From Balanoglossus misakiensis (lineage: Eukaryota; Animalia; Hemichordata): a DNA stretch of 64,000 nucleotides. Shown here piece after piece: positions 49,174 through 62,300 of this stretch. Both the position numbers and the translations under genes were made by a program. Location: positions 2,462,831-2,526,830 of the forward strand of contig CM082578.2 in NCBI GenBank assembly GCA_040954595.2, given 5' to 3'. The stretch's first letter is position 1, and each line of letters starts with the position of its first letter. A model generated the notes under the pieces. It saw only the letters and a program-made list of their open reading frames with translations. It searched no databases and had not been told where the DNA came from.

Positions 49174-51664
49174 TATACGAAGACAGTTGAGTTTGCTATG
49201 ATTATATTCCACCGTACATTTTCTTACGGTGATAAATAAGGTGCGTGACAAGCCCTGAAAAACGGGCATGTCCGTACAATTTTTTTACCGATGTGAGTGA
49301 GTATACCAAGATGTTCGATTTTATGTAAAGGTTATACATGTACATGGTAAGCGTTGGTATTTTGTTGTGGACACAAGACCTCTCAAGTGGAAATTAGCAT
49401 ATTTGGCGCTTTCACTTTGTTCTCATATGCAGCGCGTAAATGAAAGTGTGTATTTTCGTTGATTCGGGACCCTCAAAAATGACATTTGTTATACTTTCCA
49501 AGTACAGATTTATCGTGGAGGTAGACCACGGCCCGACACGGTTTGACGTTTGTGACTCGCGACGCACGTTATGTGCAACTTATTGCGAGTTCATTTTCTC
49601 TTCTACTGACTCATCCTACATGTCAACCCGGTCATAGAGAATCGACTGGTGCAAAATGACCGTACCGATGAACCCTGACCGAACCGTTACATGGCGCATA
49701 CTAGACATGTCGGAAACCCCTTCAGTAGAACAAAATGCTTCGAAAGATTACAAAACATGTAAACAATCTCACAAATGGTCAAATTACAATAATTGCTAAA
49801 TCGCGGTTGAATCACGTTAACAGTCAAACCATTTCACGCGTATTTGATGTTACAATGTGTTTGCCAATGTCATTTGACTGCTACTGGTATAGACCTTGAA
49901 AGCGAACGGAAATATTCTCTGCGTTATCGCTGTGCCATACTAGTAGGTTGATAATTGTATGTACGCAGCTTTGTACGTAGTTATTACTCTCGTGTACTGC
50001 GAGAGTAAAATGTGCAATATACACAGAAGACGTTCAACTCTCGTGAGATTAGGCACGATTTCAGGCGGACATCGTGTCATGTGTTGGCTATATGCGAAGT
50101 AATCGACAGTGAATGGCTAAAGCAGTACTTGAATACGTACGCTATTTTCGCCGAGAAATCAAGGTGACGGTTGAAAAACTAACCCATAGAATCAATTTTC
50201 CCTGTTTTAACGGTTGTTCGTGACATACAAAGCACGATTGTTTCACCGCTCTGGTTTTCAATCAACATTTGCAAATGCAATCCTTCATCGCGACAGCCGA
50301 TGCATGCGCTATGTGATCCGTTGGTGCGATTCCATCTCACTTCTGTTTGGAGAGATCAATAGCACAGTTTCGTAGCGAAGATCAAGACGGCAGTTTATAC
50401 TGACAAAAAATGCACGGCGCCCATGCAAGCAGGTTTATTCCATCACTAAATCTTCTTTTGGCTGAACTATGTGCAAAAATGAAAATAAAATTAGTAGAAG
50501 TGTTTTTTCATAAATTCTCAAAACAGTAGCATTGAAAGTGGCAGATTTAGACTCTCAAAATATTTACCGGAATGGCATAACAATCTAACCCTGATACAAA
50601 TTAAGAAGTTTTGACAAAATTGCTATAAGAATCACGGCTGTCATTCGCTTTATTTTGCGCAGATACAGCCCCCCCAAAATTGAAATTCCCTGATATACAA
50701 TTCTTATTATGAACACGGGGTTATCGTTCTGTATTGACAACTTTGTTCCCTCGGCTTGCGCTGTTACAAGCAACTGCCTCTGTATTCGTAAAATGTTCCA
50801 ACGGTCGCCATTCTCCTATCTCGGGAGCTGAACATTTGAAAGAAATTCTCATTTGCATATGCAAATAGCCTACCCGGGTTCTCGAGTGTATCGCTTTCTG
50901 CTGCTGTCAAATGTGGTCTCTAAACCTGAACAGCAAAAAACCAAACGTACTCCTAGTACAATACTACAAAAATCAGACTGAGGAACAGTTTCGATGGTAA
51001 AACACATTTATGCATTTTAAAATGTACTGTGTTATGACGTCACTGCAAATGAGCGCCCTCTCCAAGCTTTACATTTAATGGTCCGTTCCCCGTACACGTT
51101 CGGGTGGGATAAACTTATATATTAGTAAATTTTCCAAAGAAACAACAACAGAAATATTGGCCCCTCAGAGGCAGCGAAATGGAAAATCCAACTTGCGAGG
51201 AATCGCAAAAATGTACGGCAGAAGTAGGCGCTTGAAAAAACTCGACAATATGCTGCTTCGTATACGTTCGGTCGAAATAACGATGATTTGCAACGCGGCA
51301 AAACAATGATTGTCCCTGTAATAACGTTTCATATTAATGACTGTACAAGAACATGTGCATTACCAAATGAATAGCTATATAATGTTCAACCTGAGAAAGC
51401 TCTTAGAAAGTGTGAACGTTCTCACACTGACCGAATCTTTAAACCATGCCTTTTGAAAAATGTTGAAGTGATTCATGCTAGTACATGTATATGGTATGCA
51501 AAACAATAATTGTATTGTGACTGGGGATATGATTATCAAGGATGGAATTTCTAACTGACGCATTTTCGGTCATGTAGGGAAGTGAATACGTTTCTGTAAA
51601 GTGTGTACACTCCATGTTTAAAATTTCTCATAAATATTGCTTTAGTTTTAACTTTCTTAGCCAT

Positions 51665-52417
51665 TGTTACGACCCGCAGGCCGTCCGAGCCAAAAATACG
51701 CGGATAATAGAGAGGCCAATTTACCTGACCGGGTGGCTTGTTTTACCCCCGCACCGGCCAACAGGCCGCGGCAAAAGAAATGGTCAAAGACAACACACTT
51801 ACAACATACCAGTCTATTTACGGTGTTAATTTAATTGCAGATACGAGTAATATTCACAACATGTTAAATAATATTTACAATAAACTACAAACTAAACTCG
51901 AGCGTGACCAGGTGACCAAACTAAATTCCTAACCAGTTCAAAGTCTAATAAACAGTTCGGTGACTCGACGCAAGACGATACTGGCCTTTCATTCGACGCA
52001 CAACAATTCTGGCCTTTCTGTCAGTTTTACGCCAATGTTCAAAAGACAGCCACGTATTACCTCAAATGCAGTTCCACGGTGACCCGGAAACGCGCTCCCT
52101 CAGGACGGCTCCCAAATTCCACGCGGCGTCCTCAGAAACATCCACCACGGCTTCACCAAGTCCCTTCGGCAGTGTCAATCCTCAGCTACCACAGTAGACA
52201 GGCAAACTCCGTACGGTGGGCTCCCAAACTCCGCGACAATGCGACGGCACAGCTACCGGACCAGAATCAAATGAGCCACACGACAACGTGGCACTGGGTG
52301 CATGGCTTTTTATACGAGCAAAAATAATTAACACCTGGTCACGCTTATATGTTAAATAAAGCAATCAACATAGGTGCACCTGGCCACGAAACAAAACAAA
52401 CAATAAACTTCACCACA
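51665..52417 (-). mobile_element. 3' LTR of the Gypsy element
   Basis: TG..CA termini; polypurine tract (minus-strand tgaaggggagg) at 52418-52428 directly adjacent; similarity to the 47155-48091 repeat stops exactly at 51664. Confidence 0.75.
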
Positions 52418-52739
52418 CCTCCCCTTCAAAAGAAAGAAAAACGTTACAAAGTGGCGTTTTTTTCAACAGGAAAATATATTCTTGTACAGTTATTCTGTAC
52501 GCTACTCATATTCACAAAATACAGACTATGCAATTCAGTATTTAGGTTCTTGAAAGAAGATCAGCAATTACATTATCTCTACCGGAAATATGTACTACCT
52601 GAAGTGAGTAAGGCAGTAATAACAAGCTCCATCGAAATAAACGTCGACTCTTAGTTTTAAATTTCTCCAGGAATACAAGTGGATTGTGATCTGTGGTGAC
52701 ATAAATTTCAAAGTGCTGCAAGGCTAAAACTAGACTTAA

Positions 52740-53532
52740 GATGGGTCCCCCGTATCTTTTTGCTCGTTGCTATGGGCCTTTATAGGACACTACACTCAAT
52801 TTTGATCGAAACCGTTATGAACGTCCGACAAGGGGCTTGTAACTAGTTAAAAATACACACGATTGTGTGCACACCCCCTGTCCGAGTATGTTTACGGCAG
52901 CTACCGCCCGGCCATAGGCCGCCACGCTAATACGGCAAAGCAGCGGTCAGCGATAGCGTGCGCGTCCTGTAACCACAGTAACTGGATCGAACGCTAAAAA
53001 TCCAATGTTTTGTACACAGACATTTTGTACCGTTCACGAAAATCCCTAAGGCTTTTTTCATAGGCCACGTACGCCACCAAATTTGACCTGCTTGTTGAGA
53101 ACGCACTTCCGCACAGTGTGACAGATCGTTTTTTCGGTTTTCGTCGTGCTAAGAAGCGATACCGGTGGAAGAGTGCGTCCAAAAACACCCAAAATCGATG
53201 ACTTTTTCAGGTGTGGTACGGGTATGCTGAAATCGTAGGATACAACGATAATATTCGAAAACAAAATCCGTCACGATCTTCCCTGGTTCAAGCAACTAAT
53301 GAATACGTATCAAGTTCGTTTTTGAGGTCACGGAAAAAAAGCTTTAGGCTTTTGAAATTTGACCTACCTAATTTGCATATCAATAGCGTCAGGGGGCGCG
53401 CGCTCACAATCGTGCAGATTTTCAACTAGTTACCAGCCCCTTGTTAGACTCTGAAAACGGCTTAGTCCAAATCGGGGTGTAATGTCCTGCAAAGGCCCAT
53501 AGCAACGGGTAAAAAGATCCGGGGGACCCATC
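52740..53532. mobile_element. Kolobok-like element inserted in the Gypsy RNase H
   Basis: ttaa|gatgggtcccccg ... cgggggacccatc|ttaa; removing it restores EKEALSLVLALQHFE. Confidence 0.9.
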
Positions 53533-53817
53533 TTAAAGCCTCTTTTTCGATTGTTGAATAATTCTTTTGGTGTACACTTGATTTTCTGGAGAAGTAACCA
53601 ACCGGATGTTCAATGCCATAGTCTTCATCCTGTAATAACACAGAGCCAACAGCAACATCACTGGCATCGACAGCTAATTTAAATGGTTTAGTGAAATCCG
53701 GGGTTACCAACACAGGATTGTTGATCAAAAGAGCTTTGAGGTTTTCAAAAGCATCCTGATAGGAGTCGGACCACTTAAATTTTACATTTTTTCAGGAGGT
53801 CGGTAAGTGGGGCCACA

Positions 53818-55533
53818 ATGGTAGTTAGCACGATATTTCGGAAAACGCGTGCCAAATTTAAGTATGTCCTCAGATCTTGTAAGAGAGAAGAAAGTATTGC
53901 AAGAGCGGATGCCATGGCAGAAAGTCTGACTCAAGGGGGTGTCCGTAAATTTTGGAATTCAGTTCATAATACAACGGGTGGGCGTGCCACTCTTCCCACC
54001 AGTGTGAGCGGCTGTAGTGGCCACGATAACATTGCTGGTATGTGGAAAAATCATTACGAAAGTCTTCTTAACTCTGTTAGTGCTTGTCGTGAAAAAATGT
54101 CTGTCTTGTCTTTACTAGATAGAATAGATTTTCATAAAGATATGATTGTTACAGCTGATGAGATTAAAAATTGTATTAATAAGCTAGAAAAGGGTAAATC
54201 ATGTGACAGTGATGGCATTGCTTCAGAGCATTTAATTTATGCTGATTCCATACTTTATGTAATCTTGAGTCTCTGCTTTACTAGCTTTTTCACTCATGGT
54301 TATTTACCAGACAAGTTTATGCATGCAATTATTTGTCCAATTGTTAAAGACAAGTCTAAGGATCTTACTTCTGTGGACAACTATAGACCTATTGCACTGG
54401 TTACGGCCCTTTCAAAATTGCTGGAATTGTGTATTTTGTCAAGAATAGAGTCTCTAATTGTAACTAGTGATCTGCAATTTGGTTTTAAACGTGGCCACTC
54501 TACAGATATGACTATTTTTGTTCTCAAGGAAGTGATTGACTTCTATAAAAGGCATAATACACCTGTCTTTATGTGTTTCATGGATGCCACAAAGGCATTT
54601 GACAGGGTTAATCACTGGACACTGTTTAAAAAATTGTTGAACAGGGACATACCTTTATACATAATTCGTATTTTACAATACTGGTATAGCGAACAACTCT
54701 TTTTTGTGCGCTGGGCCTCTGCCATTTCTGTACCATTTAATGTTACTAATGGGGTGCGACAGGGAAGCATCCTTTCACCCAATCTTTTTGCCGTTTATGT
54801 TGATGACCTAAGTAAAATGCTTCTGATGTCGGGTGTTGGGTGTAGTCTGGTAAATACTGTTATAAATCATTTATTTTATGCTGATGATCTAGTATTAGTC
54901 TGCCCTTCAGCTAAAGCCCTTAGGAAGTTGATAACTATTTGTGAATATTATGGTAACGAACATGATATCATTTTCCATACTATAAAATCCGATTGTATGG
55001 CAATTTTTCCAAAGTCATGGAACCCAGTTAGAATCCCAAATGTGTATCTTTATGGTAAAAGTCTAAACTTTGTGGATACTAAGAAGTACCTTGGTTATAT
55101 TGTGTCTTCCTCTGGTGATGACAATGCGGACATTCATAGACAACTTCGTTGTGTGTACGCTAGAGCCAATATGCTCATACGTAGATTTAATCATTGTTCA
55201 CAACGTGTGAAATGTACGCTCTTTAAGAGTTTCCTGTACAGTATGTATTGTATGAATGTGTGGTGTAACTATAACACCAAATGCATGTCAAATCTGAAAA
55301 TTGCTTATCACAATGCACTGCGTTTGATCTTTGAACTGAAACGAGACATTAGCATAAGTTACAATTTTGTCACAAAGGATATTATGAACTTTAGCTCGTT
55401 GCATCGCAAGTTGTTATACTCTCTTGCCACAAGACTTTTGAACAGTAGTAATGCTGTTGTATATGCCTGCACTCACTCTGACCTGTATTTCCATTCAAGA
55501 TTTTGGAAGCACTATAGAAACATTCTGTACTAG
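53818..55533 (+). CDS. Non-LTR retrotransposon reverse transcriptase ORF, 5'-truncated (no endonuclease domain)
   Basis: 571-aa open frame with NYRPIAL, QFGFK, DATKAFDRV, GVRQGSILSP, YADD and KYLG motifs. Confidence 0.95.
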   Translation: MVVSTIFRKTRAKFKYVLRSCKREESIARADAMAESLTQGGVRKFWNSVHNTTGGRATLPTSVSGCSGHDNIAGMWKNHYESLLNSVSACREKMSVLSLLDRIDFHKDMIVTADEIKNCINKLEKGKSCDSDGIASEHLIYADSILYVILSLCFTSFFTHGYLPDKFMHAIICPIVKDKSKDLTSVDNYRPIALVTALSKLLELCILSRIESLIVTSDLQFGFKRGHSTDMTIFVLKEVIDFYKRHNTPVFMCFMDATKAFDRVNHWTLFKKLLNRDIPLYIIRILQYWYSEQLFFVRWASAISVPFNVTNGVRQGSILSPNLFAVYVDDLSKMLLMSGVGCSLVNTVINHLFYADDLVLVCPSAKALRKLITICEYYGNEHDIIFHTIKSDCMAIFPKSWNPVRIPNVYLYGKSLNFVDTKKYLGYIVSSSGDDNADIHRQLRCVYARANMLIRRFNHCSQRVKCTLFKSFLYSMYCMNVWCNYNTKCMSNLKIAYHNALRLIFELKRDISISYNFVTKDIMNFSSLHRKLLYSLATRLLNSSNAVVYACTHSDLYFHSRFWKHYRNILY

Positions 55534-55696
55534 GGGATGAAGACCGCCCTTCCGCCCCCTCACGCCACGGCGTTGTAGTATTTTATTATTTTTCCTACAG
55601 ATTTTAATGTGTGTGTTCTTGTTTTTTACTTCTCTTGCTGTTTTTTTTTTTATGGGCTACGAGCCTGAAATAAAGATTATTATTATTATTATTATT
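53828..55696 (+). mobile_element. 5'-truncated LINE with (TTA)n tail, inserted antisense into the Gypsy RT-RH junction
   Basis: 3' UTR ends aataaag followed by (att)n; Gypsy resumes on both sides (GFYRK | TIVAPLT); no clear TSD; clade not determined. Confidence 0.9.
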
Positions 55697-57508
55697 TCCT
55701 ATAAAATCCAGTCATCCCCAAAAACCTCATAAGTTATCGCTTTGTACTGGGAGGAGGAATTTGAACTATGGCCTGAACTTTGCACTGCTGCGGCGCCACT
55801 TTACCGTTTCCTATAGACTTGCTCCAAGTCTACACTGCAAATTCTGCAAAAACAAGCCGGTTTGTACTCAAGCCATTCGGGTTTGCTGACAAGCCACCTC
55901 GTCATACTTGCCGAAACTTCGGTATTTCCACAAGCCGCTAAATTTTCTGGTGTGTGCCAGCAAGCCAGTCAATGTTAGAAAAATGGTTTGTAAATACGCC
56001 GCTGGACAACCTGTCTGGAATGGCTTATTATTAAGCCATTGAACAAAATCTCTGGTTTGCTCGCAAACTTTAGTGATACTTATGTCTGGCTCGAATTTGT
56101 ACCATATTTAACCTTGGCTGCATTTTAAGCCGTTGGAGTTAGTGGTCGCTTTTCAAACCATAAAAAGATGTAAGTATGGTTTGAAAACACGCCATGGAAA
56201 ACTTTGCCGGGATGCGGTTCATATACACGCCACGCTGGGCACAATGTCTTGCGAAATACCCTGATTTGGCGCGCGAATGCAGGGTCAAAGGTTATTTATT
56301 ACACAACTACAACGTTTTGACGCGAGAGAAGACGGTCCACGGGTGAGGAAGCCGATCGAATCACGTCGTTCGCTTTATAAAATTCGTTCAGCGATTTACA
56401 ATGCACTCAACCTGTTCCTAAGGTAGAACCGAAATACCATATGCGTGGATAATTACTTTGGCACCGAGCATCGTTATGGAAGGATGACATCTAATGACTT
56501 AGCAGTTGACCGCCAGCATCTACGAGACCGTAACATAGAACAATGCCGGTTGGGGTAAGTCCTGCTTCCATTCCATTTTGTGACAGTAACTACATTTTTG
56601 CGAGCAGTGAAGATAATACAAAATTAACAGGCCCGAATCCTGTATATACTGACTTGATCATGTGCTGATGATAGCTAAAAAGCATGTGAGAAGAAGTAAT
56701 GTCAAAAGTTTGACAGCATAAAGTAGGGAGTGGGGCCCCAAAGGAATTTCATTATTCTTTCTTTTTTCAGCCTCCATCCCCGTTCATTTTTGTTTATGCA
56801 TTTTTGTGAGCGAAGACGATGCAAAGTATGTCACTATTAAAAGGCCTGAATCCTTTATATACTGCATTGATCATGTGTGGATGGTTACAAAAAAGTCTGA
56901 GCAAATCAAAAGAATTTTTTTAATGCAGCTCCGGAGTGGGGCCCTATAGCGCTATAGCCTAGGAATTTCACCATGCTTGCTATTGGCAGCCTACATCCCC
57001 ATTCATGTTTGTTTATGCACTTTTACTAGTCAAGATAATTCAAAATATGTAATAATATCTATACTGTATTGATCATTTGTAGATCGAGAGATATTTCAAA
57101 TATATGAAGCTTCGAGTGGGGCTAGTGGCAGTGGAAGTCAACATTGGGGGGAGGGGGGGTAACCGCAATAAAAATGATGTTTTGTGTTCCAATACTATAT
57201 CAATGGATACCCATAATATTTAAATCATTGGCTGAATAATTTTTTTTGATAAACCATGATCTCGGACCACAGGATTATTTAACCCCTGCATGCCTGCGAT
57301 TTGTAACAATAATGATTCCTACTTTAATTGAACCCCAGATATTTGCATAAGAATGAAATAAATGATCTTGGTTTTGCAGGAGTGGTGATACTGGTTATGG
57401 GAAGGAGCAGTTGTTTTATTGGGCACCACAAACATATGAAAAAGTCAACAAGTAGCATTTATGTTGAAGCATACACGGTATGTAAAATTAAGTAGATTTT
57501 GTTATTTT

Positions 57509-58532
57509 TAGGTCCCATTGGTATAGGCCTATATACCATGGGACCTTATGGGATGGGTTGCGCCTGTATGGATGTATGTATGGATGTATGTATGTCTGTA
57601 TGTCCGTCCACATCAAAAACTTGAAAACCGCTGCGCGTAACACCTTGATATTTGGTGTGCAGATGCAGGCTGGGCTGTAGATGGGAGTTTGTCCAAACGA
57701 AGTTGCCAGGCCCAAAAATATGCAAATTAGCCAGTAAAATGTGAAATTTATCAAAACTCTGAAAGTCAACAACTACTGGTCAGATTGCTTTGAAAATTGG
57801 TATGCATGTACCTTATGTCAACCTCACATCGACCTGTAAGTGTTAAGTTAATATCATGGATGTTTTATTTTTTATGAATTTTTTAGTCTTTTTATTAAAT
57901 TTATACCTTTACTTATACCTCTATGGTTAAGCTATGTCCACGTCTTATTGTGGAATTCTGGTCTGTGCAATAGTCCTGTACAGTGACTGTCTATTGGTCA
58001 GTGAGCACAATGGGGCCAAAATAAAAGGCAAATTTTTGGGCTCACCTGTAACACCTGCTTAACACATTAATTATGTGCATACCTAATTCCGGGCTAACTA
58101 ATAGGGCTAGAGGTTTCGTTCTTGTGGGACATGGACCAGTATAGGGTCAAAATTTCTTGCCCAAATTTTGGGTGACCTCAGGTGACCTTTGACCTACTTT
58201 CCTATATCTCGGCATCCAGAGCAGGTACAGACTTGGCGTTTGGAGAGTTGGGACTAAAATTGAAAAGCCAAAATATCGGTCACCTGTGACACCTGCATAT
58301 CTCATTAATTATGTGCATACTTAATTCCAGGCTAACCAATAGGGCTATAGGTTTGGTTTTTGTTGAGCATGGACCAGTATAGGGTCAAAATTTCTTACCC
58401 AAATTTTGCATGACCTCAGGTGACCTTTGACCTACTTTTCCATATCTTGGCATCCAGAGTAGATATGCTTATTGCTATGTTGCTATGAGCTATGTCCTCA
58501 AATGGGACCACAGTGTCCTTGACGCTATTTTT
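57509..58532 (+). mobile_element. Helentron-associated (HINE/DINE-like) element
   Basis: T-rich flanks; 5' ggtcccat...atgggacc IR, (GTAT)n microsatellite, ~240-bp core repeats (58040-58460) and 3' atgggacc subterminal IR; related inverted fragment at 33054-33124. Confidence 0.6.
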
Positions 58533-58862
58533 TTAATATCCATTTTTGTCATCTAGTCATCTGTTTTCTTTACAGTTTAGTTTGTAGGGACTTCATTATA
58601 AAATACCAACCATGTGGTTATAATTTCAGTATTGCATTTGGGAAGAGATTTTACTATTTATGCCTAAAAACTAATTTCTTAAGGAACATGCCTATCTGTA
58701 TTTATTAATATAGTCCAGCTATCATGTATGTAACATGTATTCAGTTATAGTTAAAGGAAACAATTCACTAAACTCTAGGTGCGAAATTTCATGCGTTGCT
58801 CATTGAATCAATTTCATCTTGTTTGTTACATGCTGTGTATCTCATGGTTATGTTTGTGTTTC

Positions 58863-59397
58863 ATGGTTGCTGCCTATAACATTAGGATGGCACCATATCG
58901 TAGTGTTGTATCGGTCAGTCTCATGTTCTCATATAGTTGCTGCCTATAACAGTAGGATGGCACCATATCGTAGTGTTGTATCGGTCAGTCTCATGTTCTC
59001 ATATGGTTGCTGCCTATAACAGTAGGATGGCACCATATCGTAGTGTTGTATCGGTCAGTCTCATGTTCTCATATGGTTGCTGCCTATAACATTAGGATGG
59101 CACCATATCGTAGTGTTGTATCGGTCAGTCTCATGTTCTCATATGGTTGCTGCCTATAACAGTAGGATGGCACCATATCGTAGTGTTGTATCGGTCAGTC
59201 TCATGTTCTCATATGGTTGCTGCCTATAACAGTAGGATGGCACCATATCGTAGTGTTGTATCGGTCAGTCTCATGTTCTCATATGGTTGCTGCCTATAAC
59301 ATTAGGATGGCACCATATCGTAGTGTTGTATCGGTCAGTCTCATGTTCTCATATGGTTGCTGCCTATAACATTAGGATGGCACCATATCGTAGTGTT
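58863..59397. repeat. 70-bp tandem repeat, ~7.6 copies
   Basis: ggttgctgcctataac every 70 nt from 58865 to 59355. Confidence 0.97.
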
Positions 59398-62300
59398 TTG
59401 TGGTATGTGTGTCAGTCTCATGGTCATTCCCCATTGATAAATAGAGAGACACTATCTTCTTTTGTTGAGTATGTCTCATACGAGTCATTGTCATATTTTC
59501 TTGTGTACATATGTGTTATGTGTTGTTTTCATGCTGGAAATTGTTTCTAATATACACTCATGTTAATTTCTAACAAGATTGTTTTCTCTTTTTGTTTTTC
59601 ACTATTTGAGAGTGTTTCCCATTGAAAGAAGACGAAATTTCATAGCAAGGAAGAAGATACTCAAGGCTACTGCCATGACTCCAATACTTAAATGCATATA
59701 AAGGAGGATTTAAAAGTACTTTTCCACACTTAATGGTGACTTTGAAATCTGTATTCATGTCAGTTTTGACAAACAGTAGATTCAAAAAATGAGGCATTTT
59801 TGATGGATTGAAATGATTTTCCCTAACCACTTGAACGGAAAATGAGATAAAAGTTTTATTGTATATATTTTCTATCATTTATGGGGTTAATTCATTTGAT
59901 TTACATAATACCATGTATTTACCGTTGTTCCTTTTTTCTTACATTGTCATTACAATAATAATGATTGACCAAAAAAGATCTTTCTCGGTGTGCTTTTTTG
60001 ACAGGTTAACATACCATTGACTGTGGAGTACTAAGATGCTGCACATTATGACACATGTTATGCTTCAAGACCAAGTTATTTAAGGGCATAGTAACTAACT
60101 TTGGGCTATTTTTTATGTATTTTTGTTCAGTGTATCGACTCCTTATTTCTGTTCTACTCCTTAAAGCATGATTAACTGCCCAGGTTCGGGATCTCAACTT
60201 TGGCCTTTGCAAATGAGTTCAGGTCTGGACTAAAATTATGTTTTTTGACAATTGCTGATTGTACAATTATGGCAGTGTATAGAATCTAGTAAATGGCATT
60301 GCATCATGTTTTGGTGAGTTGAACAAGAAACTGCAGTCACTTGAAAGAGCAAAAATGCTAAAAATGGCCCAAATTTATAACTATAGCTTTTAGGTAAACA
60401 GAAGCAAAACATGCAATTCAAATTTTTGGCTTGCTTACAAACTGCATTCTGTGTAAGAATGGTTTGTATACATGCCAAAGCCCAAGCAGAGTGGCTGATT
60501 TTTAAACCACTGCTCAAGCATTCTCAGTTTGTCTGCAAACCAGGAAATGCTAATTTTTGGTTTGCTGGCAAACTGAAGTGATTCATGTTTGGTTTGCTAG
60601 CACACCAGTTTTAAGTAGAAGTTGGCTTTCAGACAAGCCAATGTAAATTTTCAGGGTTTACGTACAACCCCCTTGTATTATTCGACGGTTTGTTGGCAAG
60701 CCATTGTTTTAGAAAGTGGCTTACATGCAAGCCATCATAATATATTCATTGGTTTATATACAAACCCCTTAGATTTGTGATGGTTTGTTGACAAACCACT
60801 GGATAATGAATCGGTGTGTCTTCAAGCTCATTTGCTGAATAGAATGGCATGCCAGCAAGCCATATTTCATTACTATGGTTAGCCTACACACCACTCATTA
60901 AACTTGTTGTGGTCTATCAGCAAGCCGGTAAGTTATATAAAACGGCAACTCAGCAAGCTAAATTCAAGCCAAAATCAAGCCAAATTTGAAGAAACGAAAG
61001 AAGCCGATTTGCGACAAACAAGCCGGTTTGAATTTGGCTTGAATTTAGCTTGCAGGAAAGCCAGAAGAATTTGCAGTGTATGGGATGTGTAGGGAACGTG
61101 TCGGCCCATAGACTTGTACACCTTGCTGCTTTCCGGTTGCTATGAATTATTCATGTTGACGTCATTTATGAATATTCATTAGCTAATTTAAATAGTGGGC
61201 GGAGTTTCAATGCATTACCTCGAGTACCCGAAAATCATATTTGGGTCGCTCATAGCGAAAACGCAAACGGGTTTACTCATTTTATGTGAAATTCGTTCAT
61301 CAATTTTTATGGTCTGATGGCTGAAACCATAGTTGCAGTGCAGCGACACTGTACGATGTATACGCTCAAATTACAGAGTGCGCGTGCCACACAAACAGAC
61401 GTTGACATCACAGGTCGCGCCGTACTTGACTTACGAACGTGGGTTCTACGCGTTCACGTTATATCACATCTCTTTATTCTCATTGGCGCACGGGATCGAC
61501 GCCCCTGTCAATCATTCTCGACTCCGTCAACAAACGGCCTGAGCGTTTGTAGATATTGCAAGGTGTACTAGTCGCTTGGTCGACGCTACCCGAAACCACA
61601 AGCTCAGTCGCAAATTCGAAACTCGCCTCACTACCAAAAACACGCTAAAGGCAAGCATGCACGCAAACAGTATTGAAATTATTTATTAAGACAAAAAACC
61701 ACCGAAAACACAAAAAGTATTGAGATTTAAAAATCACCAAGCGACTAGTGGGCTAGTCTACGTTTCCTATGTTATGTTCAAGATAAGTAACTTAGGCTTA
61801 GGTGAATTCACTTTCCTGCAAATTTATTACGAGACCAGCATCTTCAAGTTTATTAAATATTACAGATAAGTTATTCATATGATCATCCCATGCCATACTG
61901 TATATCAAAAGATCATGAAGATATCCTGCACAAAAATTCAGACCAACTAAGACTTCATTCATTAATCGTTGGAAAGTAGCGGGGGCGTTTTTCAGGCCAA
62001 AGGGCCTGACCCTAAATTGCTATAACCCATCCGGTGTGACAAATGCAGAGATTTCTTTGGCTCTATCCGAAAATGGTACCTGCCAGTAACCTTTCTGAAG
62101 ATCTATTTTGGTTACATTGGTAGACTTTCCAATTTATCTCCCTTTGGTATAAGTATAATAGGGGAACTCCAACTGCTTTCACTTGGTTCGATTAATTTGT
62201 GTTACAACATATATTCAAACTCTTTTCTTACTTCTGCTAATTTAATGGGATTTGCTCTATAAGGGTGTTGTTTAATTGGCATTGCGTGGCCAACGTCAAT

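Larger units (their letters stand above)
55833..61078. mobile_element. CACTG-terminus (EnSpm/CACTA-like) non-autonomous element with TA TSD
   Basis: ta|cactgcaaattct ... agaatttgcagtg|ta; caagcc/ggtttg subterminal repeats; empty site in the related copy at ~46240-46265. Confidence 0.82.
55814..61760. mobile_element. TAGACT...AGTCTA element with perfect 9-bp TSD (AcademH-like or MULE-like), inserted in the Gypsy RT
   Basis: cgtttccta|tagacttg ... ctagtcta|cgtttccta; removing it restores YLEHNIGNGKVAP. Confidence 0.88.

Noticed and set aside
47155-51664. Direct repeats as an LTR pair
   Set aside because: No TG..CA ends, PBS, PPT or TSD, and no gag/pol between them.
53818-55533. RT as a retron, DGR or telomerase-like enzyme
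   Set aside because: It has typical non-LTR motifs, a 3' UTR with a (TTA)n tail and a 5' truncation.
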